Source: Nitrospirota bacterium (lineage in GTDB: Bacteria > Nitrospirota > UBA9217). From it: DNA of 64,000 bases. The DNA lies in the NCBI GenBank assembly GCA_963663225.1, contig OY760142.1:2880001-2944000 (forward strand). The letters are read 5' to 3'. The translations under genes were made by a program, and so were the position numbers. Within the stretch, counting starts at the first letter, position 1. The number at the start of each line of letters is the position of its first letter. Positions 10,327 to 18,059 of the stretch are shown here, one piece after another. The notes under the pieces are model-generated. The model searched no databases. It worked only from the letters and a program-made list of their open reading frames with translations, and was not told the origin of the DNA.

Positions 10327-10873
10327 TGTTTTTCACCAGCACCGTACGCATATCCACGTCAGCAGAAATGCCTACGCCTTCGAGATATATTTCTTTTCCT
10401 AGCAGTTTGAAAGGGTCGCGGGTCCAAATAACACGTTCACCTGCTTTCCATGAAAGTGAATTTGTTGTCAGCAGGTAGCCATCGCTTGTCGCCACCCTGA
10501 CCTCACGTACCCCCCGGTGGATAGAAGCATCCCCATTGTTTGTGTCCATCGTTCCTACTTCTCCAAGGAGTGTTGCTTCTTTTTTATCTTTTGCAGTGCT
10601 GGTAAATATAATTTCAACGTCCTTTAACACTGCCTCTTTATTCTCATACAGGTCAGCATTTTTTGCATTCATTCTCCAAGCAACGGTTCCATTTTCCGAT
10701 CGGATGAATTTAAAACCTTCCATACTTATCAGCAATCTCTCGCCCGAAGAGGGACGAAACAAGGACGGCATGGTAATATTCGCGCTTTTTATCAGGAAAA
10801 AACCACCGGAAATAACCGCTGCAAGGATAATAAAAGCTGTGAGGAGTTTGAAAAATTTTGGGATAACCATCAT
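10301..10873 (-). CDS. lptC: LPS export protein LptC
   Basis: N-terminal TM anchor, WRMNAKNA, TNSLSW, EGVG motifs; first gene of lptCAB. Confidence 0.85.
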   Translation of the reverse strand: MMVIPKFFKLLTAFIILAAVISGGFFLIKSANITMPSLFRPSSGERLLISMEGFKFIRSENGTVAWRMNAKNADLYENKEAVLKDVEIIFTSTAKDKKEATLLGEVGTMDTNNGDASIHRGVREVRVATSDGYLLTTNSLSWKAGERVIWTRDPFKLLGKEIYLEGVGISADVDMRTVLVKNNVKAVLQE

Positions 10874-11006
10874 ACATTCAGAGATTAAGGCATAGAATAT
10901 GATAATATCACTACCGTATGCATAATTTATACCATAGCCTAAACTTTCTGTAAAGGCAAAAATTGACAGGAATAAATTGCTTGTCTGAAAAAATAAAGCG
11001 CTTAAG

Positions 11007-12257
11007 TTATTGACTTTCCAATCGTGCTTTAAGAGAAGCGAGTTCTTGTTCTTTTTCGTTCAATAACTGTTCAAGACGGGTCTCGATTGATATATCACGC
11101 ATAACAAACTGTATAAACTGCTTTCCCATGAAAGCAAGTTTTATCGCATGTATCTCAACCGGCGTGGCTGAGCCGTCAGCACTGCGAAGTTTTGCCTGTT
11201 TGAGCGATGTTTTTCCTTTTGCAGACTCCGTAACAGCGTCTTCGAGTCGGAACGATTCCAAAAAAAGTTCAAATATTGTTTTGTGCAAAAGATCATATTT
11301 TGACTGACCGGTCAGACGGGCTGCCTCGTCGTTCGCAAAAATGATGTCGCCGTTTTGAGCGAGCATAAAAATAGATTCCTGAGCATTTTCAACAAGTTTT
11401 CTATATCGTTCCTCTGACGCCTTGAGTTCTTCTGTCTTCTCGGAAACCCATTGTTCAAGTTCCATGTTCATTTTTTGCAGCTCAATCTGCATCTGTTCAT
11501 TTTGTATTGTTGCTGAAATGATGCCTGAAAGGGTCGTAAAAAAATTTATCTCTTCATCTAAAAAAACTTTTGGTTTACGATAGAAGACTTCCATCAGCCC
11601 CACAAGAGCGCCGTTTGAATATACATAAAGCGGTAAACAATAAACAGATGCATACTCCGCAAGCGTCAAGCCTGACGGTTCTTGATACCGTATGTCCGCA
11701 TGAAAATCTTTCAGCATAACAGGTTCGAGTCTTCTGCCGGACCATCCTTCAATACCTTCGCCAAGCGGGATATGAACTTTTCCGATCGAATTTTCCTGTA
11801 CAGCGTTGGTCGCAGCAAGAAAAAGCTCATCTTTTTTTGAATCATAGAGATAGATAAGACATGCATTTGCTTCCATGACCCGAGCAGTAATATCGGCCAC
11901 GTCTTTGAGCCGATCGGCGAATAACCGGGGAGAATTTGCGGCATAATTGATATCATAAATCCCGAGAAACTTGATAAAAAGATCATCTTTTGTATCAAGC
12001 AACTCTTCCTGCTTCAGATGCAGCTCAAGATTGGCATCCTCAAGCCGGCGATAATAGGGTGAAATAGACCATTTATAGAGTAAAAAAGATACGGCAGGAA
12101 CCAGAAGGAAAAGGACGCAGAAAAGCAGCAGACCGTTTTTTTTATCATATGAAAGTGAGAAGCCCGCATAAACGCCGACGGCAGCCGATGCGAACAGCAC
12201 AAGCGCTATAATAAAAATCAGGAAGCCCTTTCTGTGCATAAAATCATCCTGTTTCAT
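11007..12257 (-). CDS. Membrane-anchored GAF + PAS domain protein without output domain
   Basis: Two N-terminal TM helices, GAF (LGEGIEGW..EPV), coiled coil, PAS (SEERYRKLVENAQ..NDEAARLTG..MRDI), short C-terminal coiled coil. Confidence 0.8.
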   Translation of the reverse strand: MKQDDFMHRKGFLIFIIALVLFASAAVGVYAGFSLSYDKKNGLLLFCVLFLLVPAVSFLLYKWSISPYYRRLEDANLELHLKQEELLDTKDDLFIKFLGIYDINYAANSPRLFADRLKDVADITARVMEANACLIYLYDSKKDELFLAATNAVQENSIGKVHIPLGEGIEGWSGRRLEPVMLKDFHADIRYQEPSGLTLAEYASVYCLPLYVYSNGALVGLMEVFYRKPKVFLDEEINFFTTLSGIISATIQNEQMQIELQKMNMELEQWVSEKTEELKASEERYRKLVENAQESIFMLAQNGDIIFANDEAARLTGQSKYDLLHKTIFELFLESFRLEDAVTESAKGKTSLKQAKLRSADGSATPVEIHAIKLAFMGKQFIQFVMRDISIETRLEQLLNEKEQELASLKARLESQ

Positions 12258-12333
12258 GTCCAGCCCCTCCTCAACTTATAATCTGCAGCTGTATTGAAGG
12301 TGAAAGGTTTTAAATATTTTTTCTTTAAAAAAC

Positions 12334-13182
12334 TTATGTGCCGGCGGATTGTTTAGTACTTACAAGTTTTAGCAAATCGTTTATTGCTTGGCCCATATGA
12401 GATGGTATGTCGATTTGCACACCATGTTTTCTCAATTGAATGAAAAGTTCTACAAGAGGCGGCGGTTCGATATTCGACATTTTCAATTCATCGACTTTCA
12501 TAAAAATCTCAGTAGGAGTTCCCGCCGTCACCACCCCACGGCCTGTTGCCAGCACATACACCCGATCGGCAAAAGCGGTCACAAGATTGAGATCATGCGT
12601 AGACATGATTATTGTCATGCCGTCCCTGTTGTATGTATTCAAAAGCGTCACGAGTTCGGAACGGGAACGGGAATCCAGCCCTTCAAACGGTTCATCAAGG
12701 ATCAAGAGCTCAGGGTTCATGATCAAGGCGCCTGCAAGAGCAACTTTTCTTTTTTCGCCTCCTGAAAGATAATGGCATATCTTTTCGTCCAGGTGCTGAA
12801 TCTCCAACGAACGCATAACCTGATTTACCCTGGCGTCGATTTCGTCTTTTTTATAGCCATAATTTCGCGGAGAAAAAGAAATGTCGTCCCTGACCGTTGG
12901 AGAAAGGATCTGGTCATCAACATTTTGAAGCAAGACGCCGATCCGTTCCCGGATGGCGTCGTATTGTTTCGCGGGATTCTTGCCGAACACAAGCACGCTG
13001 CCTTCATTCGGCGAGAGGAGTCCCAGTATATGATACAACAGGGTCGTTTTGCCGGAGCCATTTCCGCCGAGAATCACCACTCGTTCTCCCCTGTTCACGA
13101 CAAAATCCAGGCCGCACATATGGATTTCCGTGGAATCAGGGTATACATGCTTCAGGCAACTTACGTTTACGATAGTTTCCAT
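12334..13182 (-). CDS. cbiO: Co/Ni ECF transporter ATPase (CbiO/NikO)
   Basis: GGNGSGKTT, QNVDDQI, LSGGEKRKVALAG, DEP, THDL; follows CbiM and CbiQ genes. Confidence 0.85.
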   Translation of the reverse strand: METIVNVSCLKHVYPDSTEIHMCGLDFVVNRGERVVILGGNGSGKTTLLYHILGLLSPNEGSVLVFGKNPAKQYDAIRERIGVLLQNVDDQILSPTVRDDISFSPRNYGYKKDEIDARVNQVMRSLEIQHLDEKICHYLSGGEKRKVALAGALIMNPELLILDEPFEGLDSRSRSELVTLLNTYNRDGMTIIMSTHDLNLVTAFADRVYVLATGRGVVTAGTPTEIFMKVDELKMSNIEPPPLVELFIQLRKHGVQIDIPSHMGQAINDLLKLVSTKQSAGT

Positions 13183-13223
13183 AAAAGCTTTCGTGTGGCA
13201 ACAATCTTTCTTTTTGCTTTTTT

Positions 13224-13937
13224 TTAATTCAACAACAATACGAATACAAGCACGGATATTCCCGTCGCAACGGGAAGCCAGTCCTGGCTTTGAAATCGCA
13301 CTTCACTTTTTTCCATCATACTGCCGTTATAACCTCGAACCATCATGACGGCATACAGCCGTGATGCATGTTCGACCGCCCGGATCAGCAGCATCCCTAT
13401 TCCTCTTGATATGTTTCTGCTGTTTTTTATAAGACTGCCGGGAGAAAAACCGCCGCGCAAACGTATTGCCGTTGCAAAACTGTCCATCATATCGAATAGG
13501 ATAAACAAAGAACGATACGTCATAAATAAAGCTGCCGCTAACGCCTCGGGAAGAACCGTAGTCATGAGGGCAAAAATTCTGGGATATGGTGTGGTTATTA
13601 CAAAAATCAGCATGGCAAATGCGGGAGTAATTGCTTTTACGACAAAAAGCAACAAGATGCTTTTTTCTCCGATGCTGAATCCGTAAAGCAAAGCAAAAAT
13701 CGCCGCATACCAGGAAAGAATTGCGATCCGGAACCAGGGAAGACCTGTTACAGCAGCCACTGCAAGGAGCAAACAATAACCAATCAGAAGCGGATAAGGA
13801 GTACGGGACAGGACTGCAGCAGCCACCACGAGCAGGAGAAGGCCTGCCTTCGAACCGGTGGATGCTTTATGGAAAGGGCTTTGGCCGCGTGCCGCCCACT
13901 GGTCGATTCTCGCTACATCAATCAACGAATACTCCAC
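13224..13937 (-). CDS. cbiQ: ECF transporter T component (CbiQ/NikQ)
   Basis: Hydrophobic; TYRSLF, RLRGG, MVRGY motifs. Confidence 0.83.
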   Translation of the reverse strand: MEYSLIDVARIDQWAARGQSPFHKASTGSKAGLLLLVVAAAVLSRTPYPLLIGYCLLLAVAAVTGLPWFRIAILSWYAAIFALLYGFSIGEKSILLLFVVKAITPAFAMLIFVITTPYPRIFALMTTVLPEALAAALFMTYRSLFILFDMMDSFATAIRLRGGFSPGSLIKNSRNISRGIGMLLIRAVEHASRLYAVMMVRGYNGSMMEKSEVRFQSQDWLPVATGISVLVFVLLLN

Positions 13938-13943
13938 AAAAAA

Positions 13944-14630
13944 TCACTGTTCTTTATGCAGCACATGATTTAATAGATCAGGTTTGACCTGAGCTATGAA
14001 ACGAACCACCGTGCCGGTAATGAATGCTTCAATAAGCCAGCCGACCGCCCCGAAGGACAATACCATAATTGCAAACCTTGTTATCGTTGTCGCAGTTTCA
14101 TGCATATGTTCGGTTGCATGTTCTGCGCCGTGCCGGGCAAATTCCGGATCAATGTTTGAAATTGCAACAATCCCGATCAAGGTCAACGTGGTTATGAATA
14201 AAGTCAGTATTGTTGCAGTTGCGGCACTCCAAAAAACCGGAAGCCGTTTTTTTAAAAGAAAAAAAATGGTATGTCCTAGAACAGTTTCAGAACCAAGGAG
14301 TATCGTGTTCAGCCCAATCACGGTGATTCCCCCATGTCCCATCAAGGCAAGGATCAGATTGGTAATAAATGCGGCGAGAAAACCAGCCGCCGGTCCTAAA
14401 AGAATTCCGGCAACGACAGAAAGGTTAATATGATATGCGAGAGGCAGGATTTCCAAGCTCATCGCGATGAGCATAACGGCACTTACGGCGCCGAGCAGCG
14501 GAATTGTTTTTCTCAGATTCATGGTCCTGAGTCTGAAGAGACAGAGCCAGATAATGCCGGACATAGCAACCAAGCCGGCTATCCAGAGCCACACCGGAAG
14601 AATCCCGTCCGGGATGTGCATATGAGTCAT
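13944..14630 (-). CDS. cbiM: Co/Ni ECF substrate component (CbiM/NikM)
   Basis: HIPDG N-terminal metal-binding motif, GHGGITVIGLN; start could be 14621. Confidence 0.87.
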   Translation of the reverse strand: MTHMHIPDGILPVWLWIAGLVAMSGIIWLCLFRLRTMNLRKTIPLLGAVSAVMLIAMSLEILPLAYHINLSVVAGILLGPAAGFLAAFITNLILALMGHGGITVIGLNTILLGSETVLGHTIFFLLKKRLPVFWSAATATILTLFITTLTLIGIVAISNIDPEFARHGAEHATEHMHETATTITRFAIMVLSFGAVGWLIEAFITGTVVRFIAQVKPDLLNHVLHKEQ

Positions 14631-14663
14631 TTTTGTTCGCTCCCTGCGTCCGGTTTATGGTTA

Positions 14664-15062
14664 TCATCTCCGACTGCTGTCATTATTCCGATTCGCCTTC
14701 CTGATTATAAGGACCTTACCGTTGCCGCCGATAAAAATGTTCAACACCCAGCTTATCAGGCTTATCACAAGAGCACCTAAAAAAGCAGCACTGAAGGATT
14801 CGATGAAAAAACCGGGCACAACGTATGCTACAAGCTCCAGCATTGCTGCATTAATAATGAGGGTGAACAATCCGAGCGTTAGGACATTAATGGGAAGTGT
14901 AAGAACAAGCACTACGGGCCTTATTATCGCGTTGACAACGCCTAGAATCCCGGCGGCAACTATACCCATAGCCATGCTCTCAATTCGTATCCCCGGGATC
15001 AATGAGCCGGCAATAATAAGCGCCAGAAGATTAACCGCCCAGCGCAGGAAAAAACCAAGCAT
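14664..15062 (-). CDS. YvlD-like 4-TM membrane protein (phage holin 4_2 family)
   Basis: NAIIRPV..LTLPINVLTLGLF..INA motif. Confidence 0.85.
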   Translation of the reverse strand: MLGFFLRWAVNLLALIIAGSLIPGIRIESMAMGIVAAGILGVVNAIIRPVVLVLTLPINVLTLGLFTLIINAAMLELVAYVVPGFFIESFSAAFLGALVISLISWVLNIFIGGNGKVLIIRKANRNNDSSRR

Positions 15063-15200
15063 ATTGTCTCCTAAAAAATACTATCATACTTTATGGGCAT
15101 TTGCAACCAATGCCTGCCGGCACGGAAGTCGGGAAAGTATGAAGAACCATGGTTAGTAACAACAGAGGAGAGATATTATAGAAAGGCTTGGTAAAAAAAA

Positions 15201-16121
15201 TTATGCCGCGTTCGGCCCCCTGTCCGTACAATCAATTTTTTTACAGACGTCACAAGTTTCGTCACAGGGTTCAATATGAACAAGCACATTGCTCTGGGCA
15301 AGACGCTCCTTGATCCTTGCGGTAATTTCGTCGGCAAGCCCATGTGACAATGCGACCGTTTGGGTTTTCGGCACGACCAGATGCATATCGATGTGGCGCT
15401 CAGAACCCGCTTTTCTGGTCCTGAGTTTATGATATCCTACGATTTCTTTTGAATAGAGTTCCAGGACCTCATGTATGATCTTTTCTTCTTCCTCCGGCAG
15501 ACTGATGTCCAGAATATGCATGAAGGCGTTTTTGGTGAGATCATAGGCTGCTTTAAAAATAAGAAGTGCCACCCCGATGGCAATGATCGGATCGAGAACG
15601 GATAGACCGGTAAAATGAATTGCTATCAGCCCGGCGAAAACGCCGGCGGACGTGTAAACGTCCGTACGCAGATGCAGAGCATCGGCTTCCAGCGCGACAG
15701 AGTCGGTTTTTTTTGCAACATTCAGAAGGTAAGAGGAAACGAACCAGTTGGTTATCGCCGAGAAAGCCATGATTGCGGCACCGGCTCCGAGCGCCTCAAT
15801 GGTAATGTGCTCTGAATTCAGTTTTTTCAGAGCCTCAATGACGATGTAAATGCCCGCCGCAAAAATAAGTACGGCCTCAACAGTTCCAGAAACGTTCTCA
15901 ATTTTCCCATGTCCATACCGGTGTTTTGTATCAGCCGGCTTAGCGGATTCCCGAACCGAAAAGTACGCAATGACTGCGGCAAGCAAATCAATGCCGGAAT
16001 GTACGGCTTCTGAAATCACGCTCACGGACTGCATGATAATTCCGACAAAAAGCTTGAGTACCACAAGGACACAGTTCGACAGAATAGAAAAACGTGCGGC
16101 TTTGACTTTCTGATTCTTCAC
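15201..16121 (-). CDS. Cation diffusion facilitator (FieF-like) transporter
   Basis: EAVHSGID, HRYGHGKIE, ALHLRTD, LRTRKAG, VHIEP; Cys-rich tail CDETCDVCKKIDC. Confidence 0.92.
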   Translation of the reverse strand: MKNQKVKAARFSILSNCVLVVLKLFVGIIMQSVSVISEAVHSGIDLLAAVIAYFSVRESAKPADTKHRYGHGKIENVSGTVEAVLIFAAGIYIVIEALKKLNSEHITIEALGAGAAIMAFSAITNWFVSSYLLNVAKKTDSVALEADALHLRTDVYTSAGVFAGLIAIHFTGLSVLDPIIAIGVALLIFKAAYDLTKNAFMHILDISLPEEEEKIIHEVLELYSKEIVGYHKLRTRKAGSERHIDMHLVVPKTQTVALSHGLADEITARIKERLAQSNVLVHIEPCDETCDVCKKIDCTDRGPNAA

Positions 16122-16139
16122 AACGCTGACTCCTTCCGT

Positions 16140-16715
16140 TCAAGTATTGATTTTTTTGAGAAGCCACGCCATGTTTTTTCCGAGGTTTTTCATGGTTTGA
16201 ACGCCTTCTTGGTCGCTGTTCACTTCTCCCGGTTCTCGGCCGATACCGAGGTTCCAGTAGCTAGATCCGGGTACAATCATCTGGTTGATAAAAAAGAAAA
16301 AATTCAATGAATCAAATACATGGGTAGCGCCGGCCCGACGCACCGCTACAACTCCTGCGCCTACCTTCCGCTTCAGGAGGTCGCCGTTTACACGCACCAC
16401 CATTCCGCTTCGTTCTATGAGCGCTTTCATACCAGCAGTGAGATCTGCAAAATACGTTGGAGAACCGAGCAGAATGCCGTCAGCTTCCTGCATCTTCTGT
16501 ATGCAATCGTTCACAACGTCATTATCTACAGCGCATTTTTTGTCTTTTCTTTCGAGGCATTTGTAGCATGCGATGCATCCATAAATTTTCTTCCCGGCCA
16601 GGGAATACAGCTCGGTTTCGATCCCCTCTGCTTTCAATTCTTCGAGTACAATATGTAACAGTATGGATGTGTTCCCTTCTTTTCGTGCACTGCCGTTAAA
16701 AGCGATAACTTTCAT
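16140..16715 (-). CDS. Iron-sulfur flavoprotein (Isf) / multimeric flavodoxin family
   Basis: GSARKEGNT, CIACYKC..C, GSPTYF, RRAGA, GSSYWN; start moved to ATG 16715. Confidence 0.9.
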   Translation of the reverse strand: MKVIAFNGSARKEGNTSILLHIVLEELKAEGIETELYSLAGKKIYGCIACYKCLERKDKKCAVDNDVVNDCIQKMQEADGILLGSPTYFADLTAGMKALIERSGMVVRVNGDLLKRKVGAGVVAVRRAGATHVFDSLNFFFFINQMIVPGSSYWNLGIGREPGEVNSDQEGVQTMKNLGKNMAWLLKKINT

Positions 16716-16820
16716 AAGCGCCTCTCTTTCCAGAAAGTTTATATTGTATATTGATTTGATTTTTTTTTCAATGGAGGAAAACTTGAAAAAGAACATACAG
16801 CAGACATGACAAGAGAGTTC

Positions 16821-18008
16821 TCAGCGTTTTATCATTTTTAGAAACCGGTCTACAAAAAACGGGTTGAATGACGTTCCGCTGCCTTTCATAAGGACGCCTT
16901 CGATTTGCACCATTGAAAATGCCTGTTGATAAGAACGGCGGCTTCTCATAGCGTCGAACACGTCAGCAATTGCTATCAACTGGCTGGTAATGTTCGGCGT
17001 CCAACCGCCTTTGATGGATGGATATCCGCTCCCGTCAAATTTTTGGTGGTGCTCGAGCGCGGCAAGGATTGCAAGCTTCGGAATGCCGTCAATACCCATA
17101 AGATACCGCGCCCCTTTGACCGGATGCGATTCTATGATTCTTCGCTCCTCCGGTGTGAGCACACCGGGTTTTCCGAGTATTTCCTCGGGAACAAAAATTT
17201 TTCCGATATCATGCAGCAGAGCTGCAATTCCGATGGCATGCAGATATTCACCGCCAAAACCGAGGTGCTCCGCCTGGCTCATCGTAAGAATGCAAACGTT
17301 GGTGACATGCGTAAAGGTGTATTCATTCACCGATTTGAGCGATGCGAGAAGGCTCAAGGGATTGATTTCCTGTCGAAATCCTTTGATAAACCCCTTGACC
17401 ATATCGTCAACACTGCGGACATCTATCTGCCGGTGCTTTTTTGCGGACAGATACAGGTCCTTAAGCTCATCCAGCTCCGCACTCGTAAGGGCCAGCAATT
17501 CCTGCATGACTTCAGGTGACGCGGTTGTATCGGTCCCGATAGCGCTTTTCGCACTGACAGAGGCATCCGATTCTTTTCCCGGACCTTGTTTATCTTCAGG
17601 ATTTTTCACCTTGAGCTCTATCTTGCCCAGCTTAATGGATGGCCTCGATTTTATCGATACCGCGTCCTGCGAGGCGAGGTCCCGGATAAAACCCTCCAGT
17701 TCGGTTTTCGGCATTCCGGCAAGAAACGATATTCTTTCAAAAGCCTTTTTTTTCATGACGCGGATGAAATTAGTCACAAAGGTGCTGCCAGCGGCAAGCG
17801 GTCTGTTTTCAGCTACGAGATCATTGCCGATAAGAAGAATGGTAATTTCTGGCCTTGTCTGGAGCAGATCCAGCAGAACGGCATAGGCCCTGTCTACATA
17901 TTGCGCAACCTGCGGATGCGAAGGAGAATAGAGGGTCGTATTCGTCACTGCCGCGGTGAGCTGCGCGATGACCTGCGACAATGCTTCATGAATATCACGA
18001 TCTGCCAT
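16821..18008 (-). CDS. HD-GYP domain protein (probable cyclic di-nucleotide phosphodiesterase)
   Basis: YTFTHVTNV, LLHDIGK, HHQKFDGSGYP, IADVFDAMRSRRSY; start ATG 18008 after AGGAG. Confidence 0.9.
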   Translation of the reverse strand: MADRDIHEALSQVIAQLTAAVTNTTLYSPSHPQVAQYVDRAYAVLLDLLQTRPEITILLIGNDLVAENRPLAAGSTFVTNFIRVMKKKAFERISFLAGMPKTELEGFIRDLASQDAVSIKSRPSIKLGKIELKVKNPEDKQGPGKESDASVSAKSAIGTDTTASPEVMQELLALTSAELDELKDLYLSAKKHRQIDVRSVDDMVKGFIKGFRQEINPLSLLASLKSVNEYTFTHVTNVCILTMSQAEHLGFGGEYLHAIGIAALLHDIGKIFVPEEILGKPGVLTPEERRIIESHPVKGARYLMGIDGIPKLAILAALEHHQKFDGSGYPSIKGGWTPNITSQLIAIADVFDAMRSRRSYQQAFSMVQIEGVLMKGSGTSFNPFFVDRFLKMIKR

Positions 18009-18059
18009 GCATGCTCCTGGCTGAATATCCTCTTTCAATCATCATATCCCGCTGCTGGT

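Noticed and set aside
14664-15062. Holin suggesting a prophage
   Set aside because: YvlD-type membrane proteins are common chromosomal genes; no endolysin or structural phage genes nearby
15063-15200. Cobalamin or NiCo riboswitch upstream of the cbiM block
   Set aside because: No B12-box or other recognisable aptamer on the minus strand
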